Source: a bacterium (GTDB lineage: Bacteria > UBA8248). From it: a stretch of DNA of 64,000 bases. Position numbers and translations under genes: made by a program. The notes beneath the pieces are model-generated. The model had not been told where the DNA came from and did no database searches. It saw nothing but the letters and a program-made list of their open reading frames with translations. The stretch spans positions 736,001-800,000 of the forward strand of contig OY843592.1 of the NCBI GenBank assembly GCA_963692865.2, read 5' to 3'. Of the stretch, positions 1 to 10,830 are shown piece after piece (the first letter of the stretch is position 1; every line of letters begins with the position of its first letter).

Positions 1-337
1 CGCCATCGCGCAGAGGTTCCACATTCCCGCCGAACTGCTCGCGAAGACAATGCAGCTTCTGGCCAAAAACGGCCTCGTGGAATCGAGAAACGGCCCCAAG
101 GGCGGCTACGTGCTCTCCCGCAGGCCCGAGAGCATCTCGGTGGCCGAGGTCATCCGGGCCATCGAGGGGCCCATCGCCATGGCGACGTGCCAGATCGGCG
201 ACGCCGCGGGTTGTGAACAATACGAGAAATGCACGATTTTTTATCCCATGGAGAGGATCCAGAAAAAGGTGACCGACGTGCTTGAGGGAATGACCCTTCA
301 GGACATGGTGGGTACGCCGGCAGGAGAGATCAGATGA
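1..337 (+). CDS. iscR: Rrf2-family Fe-S cluster regulator (IscR-like), 5'-truncated by window edge
   Basis: Frame open from position 2 ([20 protein letters not shown]...). Contains the [11 protein letters not shown] Rrf2 motif and three Cys ([15 protein letters not shown]). Stop overlaps the iscS start. Confidence 0.85.
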   Translation, partial: AIAQRFHIPAELLAKTMQLLAKNGLVESRNGPKGGYVLSRRPESISVAEVIRAIEGPIAMATCQIGDAAGCEQYEKCTIFYPMERIQKKVTDVLEGMTLQDMVGTPAGEIR

Positions 338-1554
338 GCTTGAAGTTCCCTATTTACATGGATTACCAGGCGACGACGCCCATGGACCCGCGCGTCCTCG
401 AGGAAATGAATCCCTACTTCGACGACAAGTTCGGCAACGCCGCGAGCCGCAACCACAGCTTCGGCTGGGAGGCGGAAAAGGCCGTGGACGACGCCCGGGA
501 GAAACTCGCCGCCGTCATAGGCGCAGACCCGCGCGAGATCATCTTCACGAGCGGGGCCACGGAGTCGGACAACATGGCGCTCAAGGGCGTCGCCGAGATG
601 TACAAGAAAAAGGGCAACCACGTCGTCACCTCGGCGATCGAGCACAAGGCCATCATCGACTCCGCCAAGCGCCTGGAGACGTGGGGCTTCGACGTCACCT
701 ACATCGAGCCTCCCGAGGACGGCATCACGACGGCGGAGATGGTCGAGAACGCCCTGCGCGACGACACCATACTCGTCTCCATCATGGCGGCGAACAACGA
801 GGTCGGCGTGCTGAACCCCATCGCCGAAATCGGCGCGCTTTGCCGGGGCCGCGGCATCCTCTTTCACACCGACGCCACGCAGGGCTACGGCAAGATTCCC
901 ATCGACGTGGACGAGATGAACATCGATCTCCTCTCGGCCACCGCCCACAAGCTCTACGGACCGAAGGGCGTGGGGCTGATATACGTTCGCAGGCGCAGGC
1001 CGCGCGTTCGCCTTTCCGCCATCATTGACGGCGGCGGCCACGAGCGTGGAATGCGCTCGGGCACGCTGAACGTCTCTGGCATCGTCGGCTTCGGCAAGGC
1101 GGCCGAGTTGTGCATGGAGGAGATGGAAGAGGAGAACATCCGCCTGACGAACCTGCGCGACAAGTTCAAGGCCACCATGTTCGAGAGCCTCGAAGAGGTG
1201 TACGTGAACGGCCATGAGACCAAGCGCCTCTCGGGCAACCTGAATTTGAGTTTCCCGTACGTGGAGGGTGAATCGCTCATCATGGGGCTGAGCGACGTGG
1301 CCGTATCTTCGGGTTCGGCCTGCACCTCGGCGAGCTTGGAGCCGAGCTACGTGCTCAAATCCATGGGCCGGGGCGACGAACTGGCGCATTCGTCGATTCG
1401 CTACGGCTTCGGGCGTTTCACCACCGAGGAGGAGATAGACTACGTGGCCGAAAAAACGACGGACATCGTGAACCGGCTTCGCGAGATGAGTCCGCTTTAC
1501 GAGATGGTGAAAGAGGGCGTGGACCTCTCCAAGGTGGAATGGCAGTCGCATTAA
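334..1554 (+). CDS. iscS: Cysteine desulfurase IscS
   Basis: [17 protein letters not shown] (PLP lysine), SSGSACTS catalytic Cys loop, C-terminal [10 protein letters not shown]. Confidence 0.97.
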   Translation: MSLKFPIYMDYQATTPMDPRVLEEMNPYFDDKFGNAASRNHSFGWEAEKAVDDAREKLAAVIGADPREIIFTSGATESDNMALKGVAEMYKKKGNHVVTSAIEHKAIIDSAKRLETWGFDVTYIEPPEDGITTAEMVENALRDDTILVSIMAANNEVGVLNPIAEIGALCRGRGILFHTDATQGYGKIPIDVDEMNIDLLSATAHKLYGPKGVGLIYVRRRRPRVRLSAIIDGGGHERGMRSGTLNVSGIVGFGKAAELCMEEMEEENIRLTNLRDKFKATMFESLEEVYVNGHETKRLSGNLNLSFPYVEGESLIMGLSDVAVSSGSACTSASLEPSYVLKSMGRGDELAHSSIRYGFGRFTTEEEIDYVAEKTTDIVNRLREMSPLYEMVKEGVDLSKVEWQSH

Positions 1555-1638
1555 AGAAGCGTTAAGCTTATTTTGATATAGAGCCTGCGGCTCAGGGCAA
1601 TCTGGAATCGCAGCGATTGGAAAAAGGAGAACGGGAAA

Positions 1639-2049
1639 ATGGCTTACAGCGACAAGGTGGTCGATCACTACAACAACCCGCGCAACGTCGGCTCGCTCGA
1701 CAAGAACGACCAGACGGTGGGCACGGGCATCGTGGGCGCGCCCGAATGCGGCGACGTGATGAAGCTCCAGATCAAGGTGGACGACGGCGGCCTCATCGAG
1801 GATGCGAAGTTCAAGACCTTCGGCTGCGGAAGCGCCATCGCGTCGAGTTCCCTGGCCACCGAGTGGCTCAAGGGCAAGTCGGTGGACGAGGCCGAGGAGA
1901 TCAAGAACACGCAGATCGTCGAGGAGCTGAACCTCCCGCCGGTGAAGATCCACTGCTCGGTGCTGGCCGAAGACGCCATCAAGACCGCGCTGAACGATTT
2001 TCGCGAGAAAAACGGGATGCCGGTCGTCGAGCGCAAGGGCCACCACTAG
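1639..2049 (+). CDS. iscU: Fe-S scaffold IscU
   Basis: MAYSDKVVDHYNNPRNVG, CGDVMKLQI, FGCGSAIASSS, LPPVKIHC. Confidence 0.98.
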   Translation: MAYSDKVVDHYNNPRNVGSLDKNDQTVGTGIVGAPECGDVMKLQIKVDDGGLIEDAKFKTFGCGSAIASSSLATEWLKGKSVDEAEEIKNTQIVEELNLPPVKIHCSVLAEDAIKTALNDFREKNGMPVVERKGHH

Positions 2050-2080
2050 AAGCGGGCGATTCACCTGTAAGAGGCAGGAT

Positions 2081-2437
2081 ATGGAAACCGCTGCGAAAAG
2101 ACTGAGCATCGAGATTACCGACAAGGCGGTGGAGCACGTGAACCGCTTCATGGAACAAGAAGGAGCGCAGGGCCGCGTTCTCCGCGTCGGCGTGAAGGGG
2201 GGTGGTTGCTCCGGACTTTCCTACGTCCTCCAGTTCGAGGGAGAGGAGCGCATCAATCCGCTCATGGATGAGGTGTTCGAGAAAGAGGGCGTCCGTGTGG
2301 TCGTGGACAAGAAGAGCCTCTTTTTCCTGGCGGGCACGACGCTCGATTTCGAAGACGGGCTGATGGGCAAGGGGTTTGTGTTCAAGAATCCCAACGCGCG
2401 CCAGTCCTGTGGTTGCGGGGAAAGTTTTTCCGCGTAA
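2081..2437 (+). CDS. iscA: A-type Fe-S carrier IscA/HesB
   Basis: GGGCSGLSY and NPNARQSCGCGESF motifs; position in isc operon. Confidence 0.95.
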   Translation: METAAKRLSIEITDKAVEHVNRFMEQEGAQGRVLRVGVKGGGCSGLSYVLQFEGEERINPLMDEVFEKEGVRVVVDKKSLFFLAGTTLDFEDGLMGKGFVFKNPNARQSCGCGESFSA

Positions 2438-2542
2438 CGGGACCGAACCCGAACGCGCCGCGCCCATACCGCATGGGATAGCGACGCGTTTTTCTTTTGA
2501 GTTCAAATCGCCCGGCGGTTCATGCGGGCCTGGAATCGCGAG

Positions 2543-3184
2543 ATGAGCGAAGCGACGAAAGAAAAGCCTTTTTCCGTTTTCAATGAGGATGGCGAAATTG
2601 AGGCGATTCCCGCCGGGGTGGATCATTTCGCCCTGCTGGGACTGGAGCGCAGGTTCGGCATCGACGCCGGTGCGCTCGAATCGAAATTCTACGAACTGAA
2701 CCGGAAGCTTCACCCCGATTTTTTCATGGATGCGCCCGTCGCGGTGCGGATCAGGAGTCTCGACGCTACCGCGCGCATCAACGAAGCGTACCAGACGCTC
2801 AAGGATCCTGTTGCGCGCGTCGTCTACCTCGTGCAGCTCGAAAGCGGAAGGCTCGAGGAGAACGAGCGGACGCCCCCGCCGGAATTGTTCGAGGAGATAT
2901 TCGAGGCCCAGGAGGCGGCGGAGGAGTTTCAGTGCTGCGCGGACGAGGAAGAAGCCGAGAATCTGCGCGAGCGACTCAACGCGGCCATGGAGTGCTTTTC
3001 GACACTTCGGGACGGACAACTCATGGCACTCGAAATGCTGGGCGCCGACTGGGACGAAGCGATCGAAAAAGACGAACCCGCCCCTTCTGAAGTGATAAGG
3101 AGGATGCGCTCTATTCTCGGACTGAGGAACTACATCGAGAACACCCTCGCGAGCCTCAAGCGCGCCTTGGAGGAGAGCGAATGA
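2543..3184 (+). CDS. hscB: Fe-S co-chaperone HscB
   Basis: J-domain HPD motif (KLHPDFF), INEAYQTLKDP; overlaps hscA start. Start could be 2522. Confidence 0.9.
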   Translation: MSEATKEKPFSVFNEDGEIEAIPAGVDHFALLGLERRFGIDAGALESKFYELNRKLHPDFFMDAPVAVRIRSLDATARINEAYQTLKDPVARVVYLVQLESGRLEENERTPPPELFEEIFEAQEAAEEFQCCADEEEAENLRERLNAAMECFSTLRDGQLMALEMLGADWDEAIEKDEPAPSEVIRRMRSILGLRNYIENTLASLKRALEESE

Positions 3185-5016
3185 GCGGGATCGTCGGGAT
3201 CGACCTGGGCACGACGAACAGCCTGGTCGCTTCCGTGTCGGAGGGCGAGCCGGCGATACTCGCGCCCGAGGGCGAGCGCGGCATCGTGCCCTCCGTGGTG
3301 AGCTTTCGCTCCGACCGCGTGCTCACCGGCGATGAGGCGCAGGACGAGCGCGTCTCCAACAGCCGGAACACCATTTTTTCCATCAAGCGATTCATGGGCA
3401 GGGGCTATGAAGACGTGAAGGATGATATGCGCCACCTGCCCTTCGACGCGGACCCCGATGAGCCGGAAGTCGCCCACGTGCTGGCGCAGGGGCGCTCCTA
3501 CAGCGCGCCCGAAGTCAGCGCCCTGGTGCTGAGGCGCCTGAAATCCCGCGCGGAGAAAACGCTCGGCAGGCCCGTTCTCCGGGCGGTGGTGACGGTTCCG
3601 GCGTATTTCAACGACGCGCAGCGCCAGGCGACGAAAGACGCTGGAAAGCTCGCGGGCCTGGAAGTGCTCCGCATCATCAACGAACCCACGGCGGCCTCGC
3701 TCGCCTACGGCCTCCATGAGCGAAACCGCGGCGTCGTCGCGGTCTACGACCTGGGCGGCGGCACGTTCGACATCTCGCTGCTCAGGATCAAGGACGGCGT
3801 GTTCGAGGTGCTCTCCACGGGTGGGGATACCCGCCTGGGCGGAGACGATTTCGATCGGGCGATCTCCCGCCGCATTCAGGAAGAAGTCCTGAAAGAACGC
3901 GGCGTGGATTTGAGCGAAACGCCCGGGGCGCTGGCCGAACTCGCTCTGGTGGCCGAAAACGTCAAGAAGACGCTCTCGGACAGCGAATCTACGGAATATA
4001 TCCTCGAAAACCCCGGCGGCGTCCCGCTCTCTCACAAGGGGAGTCTCACCCGCGAGGAGACGGAAGCGCTCCTCTGGCCCATCGCCCGGCGCACGCTGGC
4101 GCCTTGCAGGCGCGCGCTCTCGGACGCGGGCCTCACGCCCGGGGAAGTGGATGAGGTCGTTCTGGTGGGCGGTTCCACCCGCATGCCCCTCATCCGCCGC
4201 ATGGTGGAGGAGTTGTTCCAGAAAAAGCCGCACGCGGACCTGGACCCCGATGAGGTAGTGGCCCTGGGCGCCGCCGTGCAGGCGGACATCCTCTCGGGCG
4301 GCAGGAAGGACATGCTGCTTCTCGACGTGACGCCGCTTTCTTTGGGCATCGAGACCATGGGCGGCGTGATGGGGTGGATCATTCCGCGCAACACCACCAT
4401 CCCCACGAGCGCCAGGGAGACCTACACCACATTCAAGGACAACCAGACGGGCGTGGACATCCACGTACTCCAGGGCGAGCGTGAACTCGTGAGGGACAAC
4501 CGCTCGCTCGCGCGTTTCCGCCTCGCGGTCGATCCGGCGCCCGCAGGCCTCGCCCGGGTGGAAGTGACGTTTCTGCTCGACGCCAACGGCATCCTGAACG
4601 TTACCGCCCGCGACCTCAGAAGCGGCAAGGCGGCCTCGGTGGAGGTGCAGCCTTCCTACGGGCTGACGGATGAGCAGGTCGAGCGCATGCTCATCGAATC
4701 GTTCGAACACGCCGAGCAGGACATCCGCTCCCGACAGGTTCTGGACGCCAGAACGGAGGCGGAGACCATCCTCATGGCGGCGGCCCGCGCGATGAACGAT
4801 TATGGAGAAGACGTTGTCTCTCCCGAGGAGCGCGCGAAGATTCATGAGGCGGTGAGCGCACTGGAAGAGTCCTGCCGGGGCGAGGACGCAGGCCGGATTC
4901 GCGATATGGTCGACGCACTCAACGAAGTCACGATGCCGCTCGCGGAGCGGATGATGGATAATGTTTTAAAATCTGCCCTGGAGAACAAGAGGGTGAGCGA
5001 AGCCCTCAAAGACTAG
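3181..5016 (+). CDS. hscA: Fe-S chaperone HscA (Hsp70 family)
   Basis: [43 protein letters not shown]; isc context. Confidence 0.95.
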   Translation: MSGIVGIDLGTTNSLVASVSEGEPAILAPEGERGIVPSVVSFRSDRVLTGDEAQDERVSNSRNTIFSIKRFMGRGYEDVKDDMRHLPFDADPDEPEVAHVLAQGRSYSAPEVSALVLRRLKSRAEKTLGRPVLRAVVTVPAYFNDAQRQATKDAGKLAGLEVLRIINEPTAASLAYGLHERNRGVVAVYDLGGGTFDISLLRIKDGVFEVLSTGGDTRLGGDDFDRAISRRIQEEVLKERGVDLSETPGALAELALVAENVKKTLSDSESTEYILENPGGVPLSHKGSLTREETEALLWPIARRTLAPCRRALSDAGLTPGEVDEVVLVGGSTRMPLIRRMVEELFQKKPHADLDPDEVVALGAAVQADILSGGRKDMLLLDVTPLSLGIETMGGVMGWIIPRNTTIPTSARETYTTFKDNQTGVDIHVLQGERELVRDNRSLARFRLAVDPAPAGLARVEVTFLLDANGILNVTARDLRSGKAASVEVQPSYGLTDEQVERMLIESFEHAEQDIRSRQVLDARTEAETILMAAARAMNDYGEDVVSPEERAKIHEAVSALEESCRGEDAGRIRDMVDALNEVTMPLAERMMDNVLKSALENKRVSEALKD

Positions 5017-5055
5017 AAACCGCGGGGCGACTCGAGCGGAGTGCAGGGGAAGAAA

Positions 5056-5412
5056 ATGGCGAAACTTTATTTCAAGGAAGAGAAACAGACGATAGAGATC
5101 CATGAGGGCGAGAACATTCTCGAAGTGGCGCTTGAAAACGGCTTCGACCTGGATCATGCCTGCGGCGGCGTGTGCGCCTGCTCGACGTGCCACGTGAAGA
5201 TCCGGACCGGAGCGGATTGTTTCAACGAATCCACCGAGGATGAGGAAGATCAGCTCGACGACGCGCGCGACGTGGACCTCGACAGCCGCCTGGCCTGCCA
5301 GGCGACGCTGGAGACCGACACGGACGAGGTCATCGAAATCGAGGTGCCGTTCTGGAACGTGAACCTCGTGCAGGAAGGCCCGGACGCCGCCCGGGAGCAG
5401 CACGCCCATTAG
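5056..5412 (+). CDS. fdx: ISC-type [2Fe-2S] ferredoxin
   Basis: HACGGVCACSTCHV and SRLACQ motifs. Confidence 0.95.
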   Translation: MAKLYFKEEKQTIEIHEGENILEVALENGFDLDHACGGVCACSTCHVKIRTGADCFNESTEDEEDQLDDARDVDLDSRLACQATLETDTDEVIEIEVPFWNVNLVQEGPDAAREQHAH

Positions 5413-5437
5413 CAAATTCGGTTCAGGAGAAAAACCG

Positions 5438-5656
5438 GTGGACACGTTTGGCTGGGAAGACGCCGAGGACATCGGCATCGCGCTGTATGAGAAATTTCCG
5501 AAGATCGACCCGCTCTCCGTCCGTTTTACCGATCTGCACGAGTGGGTGTGCGGACTCGAGGAGTTCGAAGACGAGCCGATGTCCTCGACGGAGGGCAAGC
5601 TCGAGGCCATCCAGATGGCGTGGCTCGAAGAATACAAGGATGCGCAGGAAGCGTAA
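5438..5656 (+). CDS. iscX: Fe-S assembly protein IscX
   Basis: WEDAEDIGIAL...DPLSVRFTDLHEWV...LEAIQMAW; last gene of isc operon; AGGAG RBS upstream of GTG. Confidence 0.92.
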   Translation: MDTFGWEDAEDIGIALYEKFPKIDPLSVRFTDLHEWVCGLEEFEDEPMSSTEGKLEAIQMAWLEEYKDAQEA

Positions 5657-5747
5657 GCACATTTCCCTTTTATAGAGCGACGGTGCGATCTTCCGGCTAC
5701 GCCATGAGGCGGGTCGAACCTGTAGAGATTGATTCGGGGCGATTGAC

Positions 5748-6557
5748 GTGAGCGAAGAACGACGCGCGGACGGAAAAATACTGCTCTCCCGCAAGGACGC
5801 GGTGGCGACCATCACCTTCAACGCGCCCGAGCGTCTGAACGCCATCGAGTACGAGATGTGGGTGGAAATCGGAAGCCTCATGCCCGAACTCGATGCGGAC
5901 GATTCGGTGCGCGCCGTCGTCTTCAGGGGCGCCGGCGAGCGCGCCTTCTCGGCCGGGGCGGACATCTCGCGCTTCAAGCAGGAGCGCTACAGTTCAGCGC
6001 AAGCGAAACATTTCTCGGAAACGGGCTTCCTGCGCGGCCTCGATGCCGTCGATGCGTTTTCCAAGCCCGTCATCTGCCTCATTCGCGGCGCCTGCGTGGG
6101 CGGGGGCGTGGAGCTCGCCGCCGCGACGGATCTGCGGGTCGCGGGCGAGAGTTCTCGCTTCGGCATACCGGTGGCCAAACTCGGCCTCGTGGCGGGTTAT
6201 TCCGAACTCAGGCGCTTCGTGTATTCCATCGGCCCCGCGCGCACGCTGGACATGCTGCTCACCGCCAAGCTCTTCACGGCCCGGGAGATGCTCGACGCCG
6301 GTTTTCTGGCGCGCGTCGTGCCGGACGAGGAAGTGGAAGCGGCGGCGTATGAGATGGCGGAGCGCATCGTTTCCCTGGCGCCCCTCGTTCACAAGTGGCA
6401 CAAGGGTTTCGTGAAGAAGGTGCTGCTCGACCCGGGCCTCTCCACGCTCACCGAAGAGGAGAAGGCGCGCGAGTTCGCCTGCTTCGACACCGAAGACTTC
6501 AGAGAGGGCGTGGAAGCGTTTCTGAACAAGCGCGCGCCCGAGTTCCGGGGAAAATAG
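5748..6557 (+). CDS. Enoyl-CoA hydratase/isomerase family protein
   Basis: AFSAGADI, CVGGGVELA, DFREGVEAFLNKRAPEFRG crotonase motifs. Confidence 0.92.
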   Translation: MSEERRADGKILLSRKDAVATITFNAPERLNAIEYEMWVEIGSLMPELDADDSVRAVVFRGAGERAFSAGADISRFKQERYSSAQAKHFSETGFLRGLDAVDAFSKPVICLIRGACVGGGVELAAATDLRVAGESSRFGIPVAKLGLVAGYSELRRFVYSIGPARTLDMLLTAKLFTAREMLDAGFLARVVPDEEVEAAAYEMAERIVSLAPLVHKWHKGFVKKVLLDPGLSTLTEEEKAREFACFDTEDFREGVEAFLNKRAPEFRGK

Positions 6558-6562
6558 AACAG

Positions 6563-7765
6563 ATGAGCCGGAAGACCGGCGGGCCGCTCGAGGGCGTTCG
6601 CGTGCTGGAGGTCTGCCAGGTGATGGCCGGCCCGTTCTGCGGTTGCCTGCTGGCGGATATGGGTGCTGACGTCATCAAGATCGAAAACCCCGACGGCGGC
6701 GACAGCGCGCGTCATCTGGGCCGCTATTTCGAAGGCGGCGAGGCGCACGGCTTCATGAACCTGAACCGCAACAAGCGCAGCGTGGCGGTGAACATGAAAT
6801 CGCCCGAAGGCGCCGCGCTCATGAAAGAACTGGCGCGAGGGGTCGACGTGTTCGTCGAGAACATACGGCCCGGCATCATGACCAGGCTCGGCCTGGGTTA
6901 TGAGGACCTGAAAGAAATCAACCCGGGCCTCGTCTACGCCTCCATCTCGGGCTACGGCGATACGGGGCCATTCGCGGGCAAGGGCGGGTTCGACCTCGTC
7001 TCACAGGGGCTTTCGAGCCTCATGAGCTTCACGGGCGAGCCGGGCGGCGCGCCCGCGAAGATTCCCGTTCCGATCTGCGATCTGAACGCAGGGATGTACA
7101 CGGCGCTCTCGATTCTCTCCGCCTACATCCACAAGCAGCGCACCGGCCAGGGTCAGCGCATCGACATGGCGCTGACCGACGCAGGGCTGGGCTACACCTT
7201 CTGGCAGGCGTCCCAGTTTTTCCCCTCCGGCGAGCCGCCGGAACCCCTAGGCTCCGCGCACGAGATGACGGCGCCCTACCAGGCCTTTCAGTGCAAAGAC
7301 GGCTACATGGCCCTAGGCGCCGCCAACCAGAGGAACTGGGAGCTTTTCTGCGCGACCATCGGGCGAGAAGATTTACTGGAGCGTGAGGAATACGCCACCG
7401 ACGGCTTAAGGCGCGAGAACTATCTCGCGCTCGCGGGGGAGCTCGAAGAGGTGTTCATCGGGAAGACGCGGGATGAATGGGTGGCGCTTCTGGATTCGGG
7501 CGGAATCCCCTGCGGGCCGATTCTCAACATGGCGGAGACCTTCGCGCATCCCCAGATTCAGGCCAGGGAGATGAGCGTCGAGATGGAGCACCCCGCGGCG
7601 GGCCGATTGCGGGTTCTGGGCTTCCCGCCCAAGCTCTCTGCGACGCGCGTCGGCGTGAGGACGCCCGCGCCCCTATTGGGAGAGCATACCGACGAGGTGC
7701 TGCGCGAGTTCGGAACGAGCGAGGATGAAATAAAGAACCTGCGGGCTGCGGGCGTCGTGGCCTGA
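6563..7765 (+). CDS. CaiB/BaiF family III CoA transferase
   Basis: PLEGVRVLE, LADMGADVIKIE, NRNKRS, PAPLLGEHTDEVL. Confidence 0.93.
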   Translation: MSRKTGGPLEGVRVLEVCQVMAGPFCGCLLADMGADVIKIENPDGGDSARHLGRYFEGGEAHGFMNLNRNKRSVAVNMKSPEGAALMKELARGVDVFVENIRPGIMTRLGLGYEDLKEINPGLVYASISGYGDTGPFAGKGGFDLVSQGLSSLMSFTGEPGGAPAKIPVPICDLNAGMYTALSILSAYIHKQRTGQGQRIDMALTDAGLGYTFWQASQFFPSGEPPEPLGSAHEMTAPYQAFQCKDGYMALGAANQRNWELFCATIGREDLLEREEYATDGLRRENYLALAGELEEVFIGKTRDEWVALLDSGGIPCGPILNMAETFAHPQIQAREMSVEMEHPAAGRLRVLGFPPKLSATRVGVRTPAPLLGEHTDEVLREFGTSEDEIKNLRAAGVVA

Positions 7766-7769
7766 GCGC

Positions 7770-8483
7770 ATGGGCAAACCGCCGCCGCCCCTCTCCCCCG
7801 GCGTCTACCTCGTCGCCACGCCGATTGGAAATCTCGAAGACATCACGCAGCGCGCCTTGAGAGTCTTGCGCGAATGCGATCTCATCGCGTGCGAGGACAC
7901 GCGCCACACGGGCAGGCTGCTCTCGCGCTTAGGCATAAAGAAACCGCTCGTTAGCTATCACGAACACAACGAGGCGAGGCGCGCGGGCGAATTGGCCGGG
8001 CGCGCGTTGGGCGGCGAGCGCATCGCCGTCGTGTCGGATGCGGGCACGCCGGGCGTCTCAGACCCCGCATACCGGGTGGTTCGCGCCGCCATCGAGGCGG
8101 GCGTCGCCGTCGTCCCCGTACCGGGGGCGTCTTCGGTTCTGGCCGCGCTCACCGCCTCGGGTCTCCCCACCGACAGCTTCGTCTTCGAGGGGTTCCTTCC
8201 CCCCAAGGGCCGGAAGAGGCTTCAAAAAATCGAGGCGCTGCTCGATGAGGAGCGCACGGTCGTCGTGTTCGAATCGCCCCATAGAACGCCAAGGCTGGTT
8301 GGCGAAATCGCCGACCTGGCGCCCGCGCGGCCCCTGGCCCTTGCGCGCGAGATCACGAAACTCCACGAGGAGATCCTGAGAGGCGCGGCGCGTGAACTGG
8401 GCGAGAAACTCAAAGACAAAAAGATAAAGGGCGAATGCGTCCTGCTCATCGGCCCGAAGCGGATGGAGAAGACGGAGGATTGA
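7770..8483 (+). CDS. rsmI: 16S rRNA (cytidine1402-2'-O)-methyltransferase
   Basis: LVATPIGNLEDIT, ACEDTRHT, VSDAGTPGVSDP, FESPHR, REITKLHEE. Confidence 0.95.
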   Translation: MGKPPPPLSPGVYLVATPIGNLEDITQRALRVLRECDLIACEDTRHTGRLLSRLGIKKPLVSYHEHNEARRAGELAGRALGGERIAVVSDAGTPGVSDPAYRVVRAAIEAGVAVVPVPGASSVLAALTASGLPTDSFVFEGFLPPKGRKRLQKIEALLDEERTVVVFESPHRTPRLVGEIADLAPARPLALAREITKLHEEILRGAARELGEKLKDKKIKGECVLLIGPKRMEKTED

Positions 8484-8562
8484 TGGGGCAAGGCAGCCCT
8501 GAGCGATTTGATGTATGATCGCCGTTTCCCGAATGACCCGCCACGCCTTCAGGAGACACCTC

Positions 8563-9423
8563 ATGACGCGCCCGCCCATCGCCGCGATCGCCCTCACGAT
8601 TTTTCTTGCTTTCATCGCCGCCGCATTCGCCGCGCCCAAGAGCGGCTCGAAGAAGGCCGGAGAGACCGTCGTCGCGCGTGTCGGAGACATGCCGATAACG
8701 CTCGGGGCATTTAACGCCTTCATCCGCCAGTTGCCCGCCAACATGCAGGCGCAGGCGCAAGCGAACAAGCCGGCGTTCCTGGAAGCCCTCATTCAGCGCA
8801 TGCTCATGCTCCGCCATGCGGATGAGAGCGGTTTCCTCGCCACCGAGCGGGTGAAGATGCAGATCGAGCGCGCGCGGCGCGAGATTCTCATCGGCGAGGC
8901 GCTTCGCAGAATCGAGGAGGGCGCGAAACCCAAGGCGTCCGAGATTCGCGCGGAGTATGAGCAAAACAAGGCGAAATACACGGAAGGGGGCAAGGTAACC
9001 GCGTCGCACATCATGGTGGCGACGGAAAAAGATGCGAAGGATTTGCTTGCGAAGATTGCGAAAGGAGAGGATTTCGCCGAACTCGCGAAGCAGTATTCCC
9101 TGGCGCCCGAACGCGCGCTCGGCGGGAGCCTGGGCGAGATGAGCCGGGGCCACAGCAAGAGGACGGGCCTGCCCGAGATCATCGAGCAGACGGCGTTTTC
9201 GCTGGGGCCGGGCGCGCACAGCGGCGTGGTGCGCAGCGTCTACGGCTGGCACGTCGTGAAAACCTCCAAAAAGGAGGGGGGAAGACAACTCGGCTTCGAC
9301 GACGTCAAAGAGAAAATCACCAAGGAGATGGGCGAGCGGTACAGGCGGGATGCGATGCAGAAGAAGTTTCTGGAACTCACCGGGCGCTACAAGGTGAAGA
9401 GGTATTACGAAAACCTGAAATAA
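8563..9423 (+). CDS. Exported parvulin-type peptidyl-prolyl isomerase (PrsA/PpiC-like)
   Basis: Signal peptide, ASHIMV, FAELAKQYS, GGSLG, YGWHVVK; AGGAG RBS before 8563. Confidence 0.88.
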   Translation: MTRPPIAAIALTIFLAFIAAAFAAPKSGSKKAGETVVARVGDMPITLGAFNAFIRQLPANMQAQAQANKPAFLEALIQRMLMLRHADESGFLATERVKMQIERARREILIGEALRRIEEGAKPKASEIRAEYEQNKAKYTEGGKVTASHIMVATEKDAKDLLAKIAKGEDFAELAKQYSLAPERALGGSLGEMSRGHSKRTGLPEIIEQTAFSLGPGAHSGVVRSVYGWHVVKTSKKEGGRQLGFDDVKEKITKEMGERYRRDAMQKKFLELTGRYKVKRYYENLK

Positions 9424-9429
9424 CCCCTC

Positions 9430-10743
9430 CTACCTCGGCTCGAGGCCGTGTTTTTTCATGTAGGCCTGCAGCCAGAGCGCCAGGGCTAACGAGACGAACA
9501 TGAAGGCGATGATCGTCAGGAAGGGAATGAGGTAGCTTTTCGTGTAATCGAACATGAAGCCCGCGAACGGAGCGCCGATGACGCCTCCCAGCCCGTAGCA
9601 GATCTCCATGAAGCCGATGATGACGCCGTAGGTGCGGCCCCCGAAGCAATCCCCCGCCAGGGCGGAATAGCACGCGCTCATGGCGCCGATGCCGATCCCG
9701 TACACGAGCGCAAAGGCGTAGCCCGGCAGGATGCCCCCGCCGAAGTAGGGGATGAGAATGAGGAGCGTCAGGCCCGCCGCCACCACCACGGCTGCGAGCG
9801 CCACCCCGCGCCCGCGCCCGATGATGTCGCCCACCCATCCGCCGCCGATGCTGCCGAACGTCCGGATGAAGCCGACGGAGCCGAAGATGACCGCCGCAAG
9901 GGCGGTGCCGTATCCCACGTCGACGAGATAGAGCTGCAACTGGCTCATGATGGTGTTGTTGTTGAGCCCGATGGCGAAGACCATGAGGATGAGGCACCAG
10001 AAGCGGATGTCGTGCCTCACGACGGAGAAGACTTCCCACACGCCCTTGCCCTCGCCGCCGTGGCCGACGCCCGCTCTCGCCAATTCCTCGGGCGTGCGCG
10101 GCGGACCGCCGTCCGGCCCCTGGCCGACGTCTTCGGGTACGTCGCGCAGGAGCAGAAATGCGGCAGGCGCTACGACGCACAACAAGACCAGGCCGTAAAT
10201 CACGTACGTGTAGCGCCAGCCGACGGACGCGATGAGCCGCTCGATCAGCGGTGCCAGTATGAGAATGCCGATCCCGATGCCGGAGAGCGCGATGCCCGTG
10301 GCGCGGCCTCTCTTCCTCACGAACCAGCGCGGCATGATGGCGCTGTGCGTGGAGAAGCCGCTCAGCGAGAGGCCGTAGCCAGCGAAAAGCCCGAACAGGA
10401 CGTAGAGGTGCCAGAGCGAGGAGACGAAGAAACACGCCATGAACGTGAGGCCGAGTATCACCGAACCCCAGGGCATGATGGCGCGCGGGCCTTTTTTCTC
10501 GAGAAGCGAGCCCGCGAACGGCGCGCCGAAGGCGTAGGTGGCCATCGAGAGCGAGAACGCCCCGCTCAGAAGGCCCCGGCTCCAGCCGAATTCCTCCAGC
10601 AGCGGAACCTGGAAGATGCCGAAGGAAAACCGCGTGACGACGTGAAACGCCAGCGTGGCGAAAGAGAACCAGACGATGAGCCAGCCGTAATAGAATCCGG
10701 GCTTATTGGCGGAGCCGCTTCCTGGGGGTTTGGACATGCGCAT
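9430..10743 (-). CDS. MFS transporter (OFA/monocarboxylate-like)
   Basis: About 12 hydrophobic segments, FYYGWLIV start, RWFVRKRGRATGI loop. Confidence 0.9.
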   Translation of the reverse strand: MRMSKPPGSGSANKPGFYYGWLIVWFSFATLAFHVVTRFSFGIFQVPLLEEFGWSRGLLSGAFSLSMATYAFGAPFAGSLLEKKGPRAIMPWGSVILGLTFMACFFVSSLWHLYVLFGLFAGYGLSLSGFSTHSAIMPRWFVRKRGRATGIALSGIGIGILILAPLIERLIASVGWRYTYVIYGLVLLCVVAPAAFLLLRDVPEDVGQGPDGGPPRTPEELARAGVGHGGEGKGVWEVFSVVRHDIRFWCLILMVFAIGLNNNTIMSQLQLYLVDVGYGTALAAVIFGSVGFIRTFGSIGGGWVGDIIGRGRGVALAAVVVAAGLTLLILIPYFGGGILPGYAFALVYGIGIGAMSACYSALAGDCFGGRTYGVIIGFMEICYGLGGVIGAPFAGFMFDYTKSYLIPFLTIIAFMFVSLALALWLQAYMKKHGLEPR

Positions 10744-10830
10744 CCTTGCTCTGATGAATCACGTTCGTGGTCGTATCCCGAAAAACGGGGGGAGTATACA
10801 CGCCGCCCGCGCTTCGGGAGAAGCGATGTC

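Noticed and set aside
1-5656. isc operon as part of the selenium system
   Set aside because: Canonical gene order about 17 kb away, with no in-frame UGA in IscA, IscU or Fdx; no evidence of linkage.
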